From positions 13,764,372 to 13,828,371 of the forward strand of contig CM119271.1 in NCBI GenBank assembly GCA_051294375.1: DNA of 64,000 nt, written 5' to 3'. This document shows positions 25,258 to 39,800 of the stretch, one piece after another. Under the pieces are notes generated by a model. That model did no database searches. It was given only the letters and a program-made list of their open reading frames with translations, and was not told the DNA's origin. Origin of the DNA: Paraspadella gotoi. Taxonomy: Eukaryota > Animalia > Chaetognatha. The first letter of the stretch is position 1. Every line of letters begins with the position of its first letter. The position numbers were made by a program, and so were the translations under genes.

Positions 25258-25585
25258 AAAAATATAAAATCTGCTTCTCCCGGCGCCGGTGGTTTATTTT
25301 AATGGGTGCGGCGGCTGCAGCGGCGGCGGCGGCGCCGTCGTCGTCGGAGATTCTAATCATTTTTTTTAATGTAGTATTTTCCTATTTTTTCTTTAGGGAA
25401 GGGGCCGGGGAGTATAGCGAATAAAAAATGTGATTTTTTTATGTTCCGACGCTGGGGTGGGGGTGGGAATTGAGTCGAAGGCGCAAGCAAGGGGGGAGGC
25501 TCATGGAAATGCGGCTGTGACAGGAAGAGTTTAAAAGGCATTTCGTCTTTTCACCGGGATTCCTTTTCCATTTCTTTCCTAGTCG

Positions 25586-25633
<48 letters not shown>

Positions 25634-27830
25634 CCCCCTCACCTTCGTTCAATTTCCCCTCCCTTTCCAATCTCCCCCCCCCGGCGTTTACGGTTATATG
25701 AAGTCTCGTTTTATTAGGTCGGACAAATTACCTCCCCTCGAGTAAACATAAGCAAACATAACTTTTCTAACCACAAAAGCTATAATGCAACAACAAGATT
25801 GTGATGAGGACCGAATTAATGACAGATTTCCATCGACTCGTGATAATAGTCCTGGCCGGACGGGCTTTTTTTTTGGGGGGGGGGTTCTTTCTGTCATTCC
25901 GTTCGGTCTTAGATTCCGTCTTTCTCTCTCTCTTTATAATGCCCTTCAGTTCGTTAAGATTCAATTCAATTTAATATTTCTTTTTTTTATTACTTAATTT
26001 AGCTTCATTACAATTTTTCTGGACCCATGTAAATAATCGTGACGAATATTATTTGTTCAAAACCCACTCTTGAGTTTGTTTAAAGCAGACGCTGTCAAAA
26101 GGTAAACAGTAACGACGTCAACTACAAAAATCGAAAGAAAACACCCTTTTTGCACACGTTGTTTCTAATAAACGACGGTCTAACGTATGCGAAATTAAAT
26201 GTTTATTTAATATTTAAACGATGGAAAATAAAGTTGTATTTTATGAGTCGAATTTTGAAGACCGCCGGGATATTAATTTTACTTCCAACGAAACAACCGA
26301 GTACAAGATTCGAGTTTCTATTAAATTGCACAGTGTGCTTTTTGCACACTTAGTCGTATTATGTACATTGTACAACCCCCTCGTGAAGTCGCCCAGGTAG
26401 CCATTTTACGAAAGCCCTGTTAACATGTCGATAATTTGTTTTTTTAAATTTACGAAACCTAGGGAAATGGCAGGGAAAAAATTAAACTGTAGCTTTTTTC
26501 AGTCTTTTTTTTTTCATAACTGAACATTTTTGAATCCCTAACATAGTCGATTGCCATAGTTTTTGTTTAAAAGAAATTATGTCGTCACCTGTAGATTTTT
26601 CGTTGATATTTACTTCTCGGGCTTTTTTTTTAAAGTTGGGAAAAAGCAGTATTTAATTTAACACTTTTCTTTTTACCCTTATAGACGTAGTAGTTTTTAT
26701 GATTTTTTATCAATGCCATATTGTCAGAATTTCATTTACAATAAAATCCATCGACATGCCAAACTATCTTTCTTTTGAAATCCGGGTGATGACAACCAAT
26801 CTTGTTGCCAAATTGGCGATTAATTTAAAACGAAACATCAACATAGCCTATTAGAACAATGTTTTATAACAACTGGTGTTGGTAATTTAATAACGAAACC
26901 ATAAACCGCTCGTTAGCGCAAAAATCGCATTCCACGTCATAAGAGTCGTTACAATGAATGTAAATTAAGTGTCCATCTCGTTTACAATTAGATATAAAGC
27001 CGCTTGTCTTCATTTTAAAAAAATGATTTATTATTTGGTTGTTTCCGCTTTATAAATTTAACACTTAATCCCCAATTACGGTTATAATTTTTTTCCATGC
27101 TGATATTTTGCGATTTACGTTGGCTGGCGTGTGCATAAGCAAATTTCTCTGTACAGCCCTTTTTAACAGATTTATAAGGAAATGATCGTAAGTTCATAAA
27201 GTCGGTTCTATCAATATTTTTTTTTACGTTATTATGTATTGAAATCAATAAGCATCTTAAATCGTATCGAAATACATTCTTTGTCCTTTTTTTTCGCCTC
27301 AGGTTATGTTATTCTAATAAAAAAAAACAATTGATTCACCGCAACTGAATTTGATTGATTCACCAACGGGTCATTTCAGTTTAAATACTGCGCTCTTTGC
27401 TCCGTTGGCAAGGGACCCTTATCACTCAGATATCGCGCTTGTCCGTAATTTGAGAGAGCAGCCCTTTTTGTTTTGTCGAGTCCGAGAGATGAAAAAAAAA
27501 GAAGAAAAAAGTTTGAGAGGCGTCAGCCAATCAGAAGCCGCCATTTGTTCTCTCGATCTTCGATCACTCTTCCCTCACTTTCTTGCATCACTTTTTCCTT
27601 TCCAATTTCATTCCTTTTCATTTGTGGATTTCTTCGCATTTTGGATGAGAGATCAACGAATTAATTTTCTCGCGTTAATATTGGATAATGGATATGTATT
27701 CGTGGCAACATTTCATTAATTGACCTTGTTGCCAGTCTTCGAGCTTTTTTCTGTTCAATTTTACTATTTTTTTTTTTTGTAATTCAAAAATTCCAGGTTA
27801 TCGAGTCCAGCATAATATTAAAAACAACTC

Positions 27831-29129
27831 ATGGGAGATTTTCTGCGTTTGAACGTTGGTGGCCACGAGTTCCTGACCACCCGTTCTCTTCTCACCAGCG
27901 TCAAGGGATCCCTTCTGGAGCGGATGTTCGCCCCGGGCAGCGAAATGCCGCCGCCGCGTCGAGAAGACGGAGTATTTCTACTGGACGAGGATCCGGAGGT
28001 GTTCCGAATTATTCTGGGCTGGCTCCGGCACCGCGAGATAGCCTTTCTCGGCCCATCCGAGGCCGCGCCCTGGCCTTACCTCAAGCGGGCCGCCAGATAC
28101 TTCGTCTTGCCGGATCTTGAAGAGGCCCTGGCGCGGAAGGAGGCTCAAGTATATTGAAATGGTCGCAGTAAAACGATCTGTTTCGCCTCAACGTGCAACG
28201 GTCGATTTGGTTTAAGTACAGTTTAAACAGAGCTGTATTAGTTTTTGTATTGTTATTTCGACTTCCCAAATGGTATTTTTAATACATTAGCAGTTCGCTA
28301 GAAACCTTTAAAAGCGAATTGTACGTGTTTTGGCGCGGCCACTGTTTCTTTTTTATTTTTGTCATCCTTTGTTTCAATATCTCTTTAATTCGACCTTGTT
28401 GCGCGCTGAGTCGAATTTCATTTATTCCTTGATTCTCGAGCCTTTGTTTTTTCTCCTCTCCTTTTTGGGCCTTTCGATGAAAAATCTCGACCATCCCAGG
28501 ACATTGAGTTTTGCGCAAACAATGAGTCCAACTCGGTTCACCTCAACCTGGGACACAAGTGCAAAGCCAAAGAATTTCCGGCCACGAGGACATGGTTTCT
28601 CAGCATAGAGGCTTCCATTCTGGAGCAAAGTTACGATTGAATTGGCGGAGAGATGCAAAAATGAGGCATTTTAGGATATTTAGAATATACGATTTAGCTA
28701 AAGTGAGCGAGTAATATAAAAGGCTTAAAGGTATGTTTATGCGAAAACTAGCTTTAACTTCATTGTTAGAAGTTGTAAGTTGTGCTCATTTTTGCACGTT
28801 CGTTCCGCCCTTTCAGTCCGGACTCTCCCCGCCGTCCGAACGGCGAGCTGCCTCTCGACGGAGATCCCGAAGTCGTTCAACTCATCATCGACTGGTTGTG
28901 CAGCGGCTTCATAGATCGTGACGACCATAGCGACGATGAGGATCGAAGCAGCTGCGACAGCGCCGACCGCAGCAGCTGCGACGACGACGTAGATGAGTTG
29001 CGGCGTCACCGTCTCGTCCCACAGAACGCGGAAGTTCCCCTTCCCAATTTGCTAGAGGTCATTCCGGATTTGGAGCAATTGTTGGATTGGTGGCGATTCG
29101 CCGATCGCTTCGTTCAAACGAAGTCGTGA
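27831..29129 (+). CDS. BTB/POZ (KCTD/T1-type) domain protein, apparently with two BTB domains (27831-28148, 28500-28629, 28817-29129)
   Basis: LRLNVGGHEFLTTRSLL...FLLDEDPEVFRIILGWLR, plus a second diverged copy VHLNLGHK..EFPATRTWF / LPLDGDPEVVQLIIDWL. The last junction is one base out of frame as read. Confidence 0.7.
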
Positions 29130-29350
29130 AATTTTCTATATGAAAAAAAAATGTTTTATGCCGAAAAGTATTTATTTTAGTTTCGTTGATCTTCTTTTGT
29201 TTTCGCCTTTTCTCGTTGGTTATCGACTTTCGTGCGATCAGCGCGCAATTCATACGTTGTTCGTTTGTCTTATTACTTATAAATACAGATGTTTACTCTG
29301 TAATCGTTTGAATTTTCAGTCTATCCCCCCCTCCCGAACTTCCGCCCATC

Positions 29351-32300
29351 ATGGTCGTCAAACCCTCGGATGATTTATTGGCCGAAGCGGTGAATGACTT
29401 CTCCCGTCTGTCCGTTCGCCTTTGCGCCGGCGCCCTTCCGCATTTCGGCGCCTTTTTCGACGCGCGGTCTAACGCTTGGCGCGTCCTCGGCCCCCAAAGG
29501 ATCTGCGACCTGCTGCGCGTCATTCAGGACGCTTTCGTCCATGACCTGTTTCGGTTGACGACCGAGGCCGCTTTCGATGCCGACGGCCAACCCGCGTCCT
29601 TTCGAACGAAAACTTTGTTAACGCCTCCGTCGCGCCCTCTCGCAGATTTGGATGAAGAGGCGCTGCGCGATTACGTCCGGAGCGCCTTCGAAATGTTGGA
29701 AACGTCCGCTGCCGAGGACGGCGTTAATGACGTGGGATGGAAGGATTTGCGAAGGCGACTCTTCGGCGAAGCGGGAGAAAGTGTTCATCCGACTTTTCGA
29801 GATTTCGACCGAGAAAATATGATCGACCTCTCGGAAGCGATGCTGTCCTTTGCTGGACAACAAATCTCAGCGGATAGAAAGCCAGGGAGGGAGATTTTCA
29901 GCGTTTCCGGCAGTACGAAGACTGCGGTACGAAAACGATTCGGTTAAAAATTAATATTTCTCTAACTTTTAAAAGATATCAGTTTAATTTTTACGCGAAG
30001 TGTTGTCTACTTGAAAATATTGGAAAATGTCCCTCCTTGATACAAACCGCTGAACTGTTTCTCATCGACCTCAGATCTTTCTTCTACTAAATCTTCAAGC
30101 GACGAAGCCTCTGCTACTGTCAACGCCGATTCTCCGTCCCGACGGCGGCCCGGTCGACCGCCGAAGAGTAACGGCGAATTCCTTCGCCCAGAGATTGAAG
30201 GCGGAGAATCTTGTCAAGTGGCGAGTCAGTTTGACGAAGCCATCGAGTGTTGGAAGACCCCGTCAGCCGTGGATGAGATTCGCGTTAAGATAGAAGCCGA
30301 GGATGGGAATTTTGAGGTCGGGGAAGAAGATCGTGACGAAGACTCTTCCGCTTCTCCTCAATTTGAAGGAAACTCGAGTCGTGACGAAACTTCCTCGGCT
30401 GAGATTAAGGGAAAACCGAAAGTGAAAAAGAAGCCGCCGAAGACGAGCGACAAGTCGGCCAGCAGAGTTGCCGCCAAGAAATCCCTCGTTCCACGGCACG
30501 CTTGGTCTTGGTCGACCCACATCGTCCGTCTGACGCCGACCGACTTTCGTTGCACCCTCTGCGACTTTTCCTTTTCCACCGTCGTCCCCTGCATCAACGA
30601 GATCATTAAGGGAACTGTCAGCAGAATCGACAGCATTCTCCGTAACACCCCGGAACCGGTCGTCGATCACGCCAAGGCTCACAAAGCCGAGTTGGATCGC
30701 TTCGCTTTACATAGCGGCGCGGAGGAAATAAAAATTGGTGATTCGTTAATTGTATAGATGATTGTAGCTATTTTTTACATTTTGTAATTTATTGTATAAT
30801 TTGCCAAACGACAGACGAGTATCTGAATCGAACGGACCTGAAGGAATGCGTGATCCGACTCGGCGACTCTGTTTACCAATGCTTGAAATGCGATTTTAAG
30901 CTCCAGGGTAAGGACTACAAGGTAATGCCTAATTGGAAAACGCTAAATCTTTAGGTAGTTTTGTAATTTTGATACTTATTTCTGCAATGGCTCTTTCTAG
31001 GTCTTTGCTGCTCTTAACGCGCACGTGTCTCGTCATAAGAAAGAATCGTTTCGTTTGAATCGAATTTTTCTCTGCAAAGATTGCGGTTACGTCTCGCCCA
31101 ACAAGCAGACCTACTATTCGCACAGGATATTGCACAAGGTTCGAATACAAGATTAGATTATATTAATTTTGTTATGAGCCTTTGTAAAATCATTACCTTT
31201 TTCGAAATAGGACATAACCTTTTACTTTTCGTACATACAGGTTCATTTTAATTTGATTAATTTAATTTTAAAACACATTAGTTCTTTAATTTTCGCTAGG
31301 GCAGGCGAGTTTTCTATGCCTCTTTGTTGGCTTTTGTTTGTTTTTGTTAGGACATCTGTTGGATTCTTTCCCCGTATTTTTGCATACGTATACCTAAATT
31401 TACATTTTTATTTTTAATATGCAAATGATTTGTTTTAATATAGGCTTTGTTGATAAAATTTCAAACTTATTTAAATAATTAATCTGCCTTTTCTTCGATT
31501 TTCGCGGAGCAGAAATCCCACAAGTGCGACGTTTGCGACTACACTACCAAGAGGTGGTTCAACCTGAAACTGCACACAAAGTAAACATTGTTTTACGACG
31601 CCTGCATTGTGCTGCAAAAAAGTTTTTGTACTCCCTCCACCTTTTTCTCTAGACGCCACACCGGGGAGAAGCCAAACGCGTGTCATATTTGCGGCAAACG
31701 ATTCCTGCAGTCGACTACCCTCAAGTTTCACATCCGCTACCACAAGGGTATCCGTCCCTATCAGTGTCACGCCTGCGGGAAGCGCTTTTCCAAAAAGGAA
31801 TATCTCAAGCAGCACGTCGACCGTGTGCACAATCCTGAAAAGGTGAAGGGATAAAGCGGTTCGATTATCGCTGACCACATTAATAACAGTTTCAGTTAAT
31901 TTATTAGTTTTATTTTGATACTTGTAAGACCATGAGGTACATCTTCTTTTTTTCCTTCCAGGTGCTCCGCTGCGCCACCTGTCGCTTCCGTTGCCAGGAT
32001 CTGGAGATGCTGAAGAAGCACAACGACGAACACGATCACGGAAAGAGATTCCGATGCGACATCTGTCACTTCGCCTCCGCGCGAAGAGACAATCTTCGAA
32101 GGCATCGAAAGTCGCACGAGACGAGAACCCGGAGGGTGGTGTGGGAAGCGAGGGACGCTGATGACGAGGGCCTGGGGACGAGTGTGCCCTTTGATCCGGG
32201 ATATACTTTTGAGGGTAAAGACAATGCAGCCGAGACGAAATTAGAAAAGCCCTTTGAATGCCAAGAATGCCCCTTTGCCACGACCCGATTATACAATCTC

Positions 32301-32453
32301 GAGCGTCACCGCAGGCGTCACTCGACTGATCCCGGGACGGGTGACGAAGACGCGCCGGAGGAGAACGTATGCGGATTTTGCCGGAAACAATTTTCGCGTC
32401 GGGATAATTTGAAGAGACACTTGAATAGATATCACGTGGGAGAAGTTGGTTAG
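29351..32453 (+). CDS. Multi-exon C2H2 zinc-finger protein with AT-hook
   Basis: AT-hook RRRPGRPPK at about 30140. Fingers include HTGEKPNACHICGKRFLQSTTLKFHIRYH, CDICHFASARRDNLRRHRKSH and CGFCRKQFSRRDNLKRHLNRYH. Internal exon boundaries not all resolved. Confidence 0.85.
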
Positions 32454-33388
32454 AAATGTGTATGGGAGAGAAGCGATAAAATGAGTTACGTTGAGCGGAG
32501 CAGAGATATAGTAAGATAAGTAGTGGAGAAAAATTTTGAGAGAGGAAGATAGAGGCCCGTTAAAATGACCCAAAAAGATGGTCAACATTCAAAGAAAAAG
32601 CGGCGAAAGAAAACTCATTTCTTAAAACAAAAATGAAAAATAAAAAAGTGGCGAACGACCGGTGACGTTTTAAGCCAAACGCGTCAAGACTGAAGTTAAG
32701 TTCAGCCAATGATAGCAATAATGATTTCCCGTTCGTTGACGGAAACAAAAATCTCGTTTTTATCGCAATTGCAATAATAAATGCGTAAAAAAGGCGACAA
32801 AAACGTGAAAAGAAATAAAAAATAAATACAATTGAATACAATTAAAACCAATCCTGTCTTGAAATTAAAAGAAAACAAAAATGATAAAAGTAAAAAGCGA
32901 AAACCAAATAATTTTTTTAAAAAATACTACCGAAAGAAAAATAAAAACCATTTTACCAGTTATTAAACAATGTAATAATACTTTTTTCTTTTCACAAAAA
33001 AAATAAGAATTCGAAATCGCGTAATAGGAAAAAAATACTAAAGTTAGAAAATTAAAAAAAATCGACCAAATTTTAAAAAATTTAAGAATCCGGGCAAGCT
33101 TCCTTTAAAAAAAAGGTTTAAAAAATGAATAAAAAAGTAAATGAAAACGCGAATTCGCCGGAAAAAAAGTTATTCCCAATGAATCTAATGATTGTTTCCC
33201 AAACTTGCACTTTTAATTGTTTTTTCCCCATCGCACTCAAAAACCAGAATTGAAAAAAAAAAGTTCTCGCGTAAAAATCGAAAACGACATTGTCGAATAT
33301 CGAAAACAAAAATAACCCCCCCCAAAAAAAATCTAAAGAAATTTTAAAAATTTCACAAATAACGGCGGATAAATAGTATCCCGTGAAG

Positions 33389-35868
33389 ATGGAATCGCGG
33401 AAAAGGGTTTACGACTACGACGACGACGCCCCGCCGAAGCGTCACCAGGCGGAGGACCGAGGTCACGTCAGCAGGAGACCGGCCGACAGCCGAAGCCCTT
33501 CGCCGCCAGGTTTCTTTTATTGAAATTGTTTCGTATGATTCCCAAAGTCAAATGCATTTTCTTACGACCCATCCTTCCTTTCCATCCCTCCCTCCAATCC
33601 CAACCTTCCAGTTCACCCACCGCGCAGCCGCAGTCTCTCGCCGGACGGTCTCCCGCCGCCCAAGTCTTACCCTAGACGCGGTTCGCCCCGCCATCGCGAC
33701 CGAAGTTATTCGCCGGTCGCCACCAACGGCGCCGGAAACGGAAGCGATCGCGGCGGCGGCAGCGTCGGTAAAATCTGCCACTTTTGGAAGTCTTACGATA
33801 ATTGTCGCTACGGGCCCAATTGTCGTTACGCTCACTCGATGACCGGGGAGAAAGGTGAGAGACATTGCGTGGAAGATGAAAACCATGCAAATCTTTAAAT
33901 TGAATTTGCTACATTACCTCATTAATTTTGAGAGTATGTGCTAAATAGTTAACTTACCATGTACCATAAATTTATCATTAAAATTTTCCTTACAAGGCCG
34001 CGAATCTCCTTCCCCGCTTATCAACGACGGACCGCGACGTAACTCGGATCTTCCCAAGCAATACCGCCTCTCGCCCGACAGCGAATTCCACCCTCCTGGC
34101 GGCAGGCGCGACCACCCGAGCGGCGGCTTTGACAAGCGTGGCCCGCCCCGTGGCGGTTCTTCGGACCGCGGACCGCCCATGCGTAGACAGAACAGAGGGT
34201 GAGGACTCGTTCATAGTAGTAAAACCTACATTTTAAAATCCCAAAACCATTCCTTCCTCCGGCAACAGCCCTCGCAACAGCCGTTCCCCGCCTCCGCCGG
34301 GCTCGATCCCGACCGTGTGCCATTTTTGGAAAACGAACGACAGTTGCAAATTCGGAGACAAGTGTCGCTTCCTTCACTCATTTCCTCCTCCTGAACATTT
34401 TCCGCGTGAGTTTGTGGATGTCAAGGATCAAATGGTTCATACATTGTTTCACCAATTACTGAAACGATTGTTCATTTAAGGTTTTAGCCTCTTGAGCCTT
34501 AGGTTAATCCGTTCCTTTTTCTTCAAAGCTAACTTTTCTTTCCTTACCATTTTTCTTTCGCAGCTCGCAGGGAAATGGGCCCTCCGCGCGGCAGACGGGA
34601 AAGAAGCTTCAGTCCCGGACCCGGAGGTAAGTTCATCGATTTTCTCCTTTAAATTTTCACCAAGTTTCTAACCTGGCCTCCCCCTCGCCTTCAGGGTTCG
34701 CTCGCCGTCCGCCCGGATCCCCAGGTCGCGGAGGAGAGTCCCGCCCGATCGTCTGGCGTCACGATGTTTCGCCGAGATATCAACGCTTCGAAAACGCGGA
34801 GCCGGGCCGTTATGAAAGGTGGGTGTATGGGGGGGGGGGGAAACAATTGATATTTTTTGTCTCACAAGACGAAAAGCAAACGGATGTGATCGATTTCTTT
34901 TCGATTTGATATCGAACTTTCAATTTAGAAGATGAAAGTTGAATTCTCTCTCTCCGCAGGAACTTCTCGCCGCCCCCTCGATTTCCCAGGAATTTTTCGC
35001 CTCCGAGAAGAGAGAGAAGCTTTTCGCCTCGGAGATACGAGAGGGGAATGTCGCCTGCAAGGTAATGCCTTTTTTTTAATGGGGGGGGGGGAATTCTTTT
35101 GGCGAGATTTATTGTCTAATGCTTATAAATTCTTGGAGATGAAACGATTCTCATTTGGGTCTGACTCAAATAGCTTTATTTGTTGCGTACTTATTACTGT
35201 TCCTGGTGAGTGTGATGCTCGTTGGTGGGTCCTTAGCGCCAATGATTTGTTAAAATTAACCTCAATTTTCTATTTAGGGAATACTGGTACGGGTGAGTTA
35301 TTTTCATTCTTTTCCTTCATTTGATTTCGTTGCCCCGTTTCATCGACAACGAAGAATCAAATCAACCCTGCCCTGTCCTTACCTTACCTTTTATCTTCTT
35401 ACCCCTTCCCCCTGGCAGGTATTACTCGCCGCCGCCGCGGGACCGCGGATTCTCTCCCAACCACGACCGCAACTTTTCTCCGCCTCCACCGCCGCAGCGG
35501 CGAATGTCGCCTCGCTTCGAAAGAGGGTACTCGCCCAACAGATACGACGGGTAAGGGACGCGATAGATATATTAGTGAGTTCATTACTTACAATTATTTA
35601 CATTGTCCTTTCTTCTCTTTCATTCAGCTATCCCTCTCCCCCTCGCCGCCAGCGAAGCTTTTCTCCTCCCAGTCAGTACCGCGGCCAGCAAGGCGGTGGC
35701 GGTGGCGGCGGCCCTCCTCGCCCCAAGAACGAGCTCTGCTATTTCTTCACGCAGAAGAGCGGATGTCGCTACGCCGACCAGTGCCGCTACATCCACGCCA
35801 AGCCGGAAGGCGGTGGGCGGGCGTCTCCGCCGTCCAGGGCCGGTTCCACGCCCGATCACCGGGATTGA
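33389..35868 (+). CDS. Three-CCCH zinc-finger, SP/RS-rich putative RNA-binding protein (multi-exon)
   Basis: CHFWKSYDNCRYGPNCRYAH, CHFWKTNDSCKFGDKCRFLH, CYFFTQKSGCRYADQCRYIH and many R-x-(F/Y)-SP repeats. Confidence 0.8.
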
Positions 35869-36805
35869 GTCCGGATGAAAATTGGGTTCCGGATCAAATT
35901 GGATCGCGTTGTATATTATACGAAGACGTAGTTTAAAAACTTTTACAATTTGAGTTGAAGTTTCTTTTAGTGGTTTTATTTTCTTTTCTTTTTTTTTTTT
36001 CGAAAAATTAAGCTTCTTTTAGAATTTCGTCCTTCAAAACTTGTCTCAATAGTCGCCAAGCAATTTATATTTATATTACCTTTCCTTCTTGCGTGTTTAT
36101 TTCTTTGTAAATACCCGACAATGAACAAAGCAGACCCGATAGGTTTAGATAGATACGATACGAAATTTAAATTCAGCTCGACTCTTCTCGTTGAATAAAT
36201 ATCATGTATCCCTTTTTTTTAATATATGTTAAGTGTATTAAAGGATTCAAAAAATGAGCAAGTCGAATCCCGAGTTTTCCTCTTTTTTTTTTTCCTTCTC
36301 GTATCTCACCCGCTCGATGTTCGCGCGATTTAATTTTAGTTGTCAAATGTCAATTTATTATTTTAGTGAGTGAATTTTGTCTCGAAGGCCTCCACTCCTT
36401 ACTTTTTGCTCCAGCAGTATTGTTTTTAAGTGAGGGAAGTTACGAAACTTCTTTGTCACACGATTTAGATAACACTTTTTTGATAATTTTTTGGGGGGAT
36501 TCTTGGCCTCTTGGAAAAATTCCGGCCCAACTAAAGGCAGTCTTAGTCTATAGCATATATAACAAGGACAAATGGTCTTTTTTTGACAAAATCCGCCCGA
36601 GTTATTTCAAAAAAAAAAAAAAAAATTTCAACATTTGTTTTTCGTGTAATGGAATTAAGGTTTTCGAGCCGAATTTTTGGCAAGCGAATCTTGAGCCACT
36701 GTTTCGTTATAATATCGTTCGGCCCTCAAATAACTGAGGGTCATGGCGAACAAATATTAGACCTATTAACATTAGTATAGCAATAAAGACGATTTTCTTT
36801 TAAAT

Positions 36806-39800
36806 ATGGAGAATCGAAAACGAACGAGCGTCTTCGAAAGACTCGGACCAGGAAAGCGTCAGGACGAAGCCATGCACGGCGGTGGTCGTTCAGATGGCGG
36901 CGGAGGGGAAAGAGGTGAGGGAAAACTTGATGATTTCGGGTCATAACTTTGTGCTCATATCCAAATCTCTCTTCACTCTACTTTCTATCTTCTTTCCTCG
37001 CTTTCCTCTTTACTTTCTCGACTCTTTTTTTTCTTTTCTCCTTTCACTCTTTCCCCCTTCTCTCCCTCTTTTCCTCTTTAAAGGCCACGCCCCTCGCTCC
37101 CACGGCGCCAGCGGACACCGCGACCTCTCGCGCGACGGTCCACCGCCTCCACGAGACGGTGCCGCGTCGCGAGATCACCACCAGCGCCGCGAACCTCCGA
37201 GGGAAGGGCGCGGCGGCGCCGGTCACGGTTATCATCACCAGCGCGCCGCCTCCTCGACGGTCTTGTGCTCTTATTGGAACGAGGGAAGTTGTCGCTACGG
37301 AGATCAGTGCATGTACTCTCACGCGACGCCGGATGAAAGGAGGAACAGGGGCGCCTCTTACGGGCCCAAATTGGTGAGGACGGGAAAATGGAGTTAATGA
37401 AATTAAGCTCGTCGTTTAAGTTGAATCCCGATTATTAATTATTTTTAATTATCTTTAAATTTATATAGTCCTTATTAAGTAATAATTCGCGCATATCAAT
37501 GTTAATTATTCATCGGAAATGGAAGGAAGACGAAAAACTCTCCGCTGGCGTCGGCGGCGGCAAACGCGGTCGAAAGTCTCGTTCTTCGTCGGAGGAACGA
37601 GCGTCGCCGAAACGAAAGGCGATCAAAGCGACGAGGGATTCGGGGAGGGAGACGAAGAAGGAGGAAGAGGAAGAGTCGGAGGAAGAATCTGGAATTCTGG
37701 CCACATTCGACGAAGCCGAGTGAGTTTGTATTAATGATAAACAGTTGAAACAATAAAGACAATTTTTTTTCAAATGTCTTTCGCTTCCCGGACATTTTTC
37801 TCTTTAATCATTGCTCCCTTTCTCTACCCATCTATAATTATATACTCCTTATTTCTCCCCTTCGCCGCCTCTTTTCTCTCCCACCTCTCTTCCTCCCTCT
37901 TCCTCCCTCTCCCCCCTCTTCCCTCCCCCGCTCTCTTCATCCCAGACTCGAGAAAAAGCGACAACAGATCCTCAAAGAAATGGCGAAGTTGGAAAACCTC
38001 GACAGCGGCGACGGAGGCGGCGATTCCGATTCTGGATCGAAAGGAGGGAAAGAGTCGGGTAAGAATCCTGAATGAGTTCTAAAAATAACTTGCAGCTATC
38101 ACAGCCTTGTAACCATGTCGTTAGTTATTCCCCGTTGACATCGGATCTCCAATTCTCCATTCTCCACTCATTATTTCCAGGCGCTTCGACGCCCATCCCT
38201 CCCGAACCCGCCCACGCCATCGCCGCCGCCCCGAGCAAACTGGCCCGTGACGATCGCCGCCTCTACGACGGAGGCACGAGAGTCCTTCATACCGGCGGCC
38301 TGAGGCGGCGGCGGGACAGCGGCGACGAAGACGGCGGCGGCGATAATCTCGGCGGCGGTTTGAGGACGCAGCACGCCGGCGGAGGCCGGCGGCGGCGCGA
38401 AAGCGGTGAGAGTTCCGAAGACGAGGCTCTCGTCCGTCGGGCGGAGAAAAAATCTCGCAGCGGCGGAACGGGGAGCGATAGAGCGGGTAAGGAAAAAGGG
38501 TTTTTATGTCACGTTTATAACTTACCTTTTAATTTCTTACATCCATGATTTTCCTCAGAATCCTCGGAGCGTAGCGTCACCATCAAGAAAGAGTCGCCCT
38601 CCAAGAAAGCTCCCTCTGCAGCGTCGGCTGCATCGGCGCAGCGTTGGGAGGAAGAGCGGCACCCGCGATCTCGATCACGAACCGGGGAGCGGGACAGAGA
38701 CAGAGTTAAAGAGAACAAGGAGCCGAAGGAGAACAAAGAGTGGGAGAGAGGAGAAGTTCGAGGGGAAAAGTCACCGTCGAAGAAAAGCGATTCCGGGTCA
38801 AAACGGAGCGACGGATCCGTCGGCGGAAAGTCGCGCAATCAGAGCCCATCGCATGTATGTGCTTTAGTTGAGAGAGATTCTATTTTGTGAGAGAAAATCC
38901 AATTCTACGATCAAATTTTTAAATATTTAAAAAAACAATCATTATTAAACCTTAAACTAAACTGCTGCAATATGCAAATGAGACTGAAGAACATTTATAA
39001 CCTTAAAATATTTCAATACATTGTTTTACCCTCTGCAGTCCGACCCCAAGCGGCTGCTGACTTCAAAGGTAGTGGCCAAAGCCCCCTCCGCCGCCGAAGA
39101 CCGCTCCGCCGGCCTTTCCATGGACGAGATCAGATGGGGCAAGCTACCCGACTCTCGCCGGCAGCTCATGCCGCGGTTGTTGACTCGACCCGGCGGCGGC
39201 AGCGGCGGAAAAAAAGACGCCGACGACGCTTGTCGCCGACACGACCGAAAGGCGCCGGATGAAGAGCGCCGCTACGAAGAACGGGTCGGTCGGGAGAAGG
39301 AGCGGGGAATGGAGGAGAAAGGAGGAAGAGAAAGATTGGGCAGGGAAGACAAGGCGGGCCGGGGAGAGGAAGTGAGGAAGGAGAAGAGGATCGAGGAAGA
39401 TGGAGGAAGGAGACGATCCGACGAGTCGGCTAAAGGAGGAAGGGGAGAATCTCCCTTTGAGAAGAAAAGGTGAGTTTAATGGAATTAAAACTTATTAAGA
39501 AATAAGGTAAGTTAACTCCCCTCAACCTTTTCCCCGCTCAAGGTCCTCTACCCGCCGAAGCCAAAGTCCGCAGCGACAGAAAAAGGATGAGAGCCTCACG
39601 CCCAAAAAGGAAAAGCATCTTAAAAAGGAGAAATCGGAGAAGACCAAGAAGGAAAAGACGAAGAAAAAGATGGACAAGAGTCAGCGTCAATACCGCAAAC
39701 GGAACTCTTCCGGCTCCAGCAACAGCTCCAGCAGTAGCTCCAGTTCAGAGTCGGAGACTGGGGAGAAGAAGAGAAAGAGGGAGGAGGAGAAAACTGGGAA

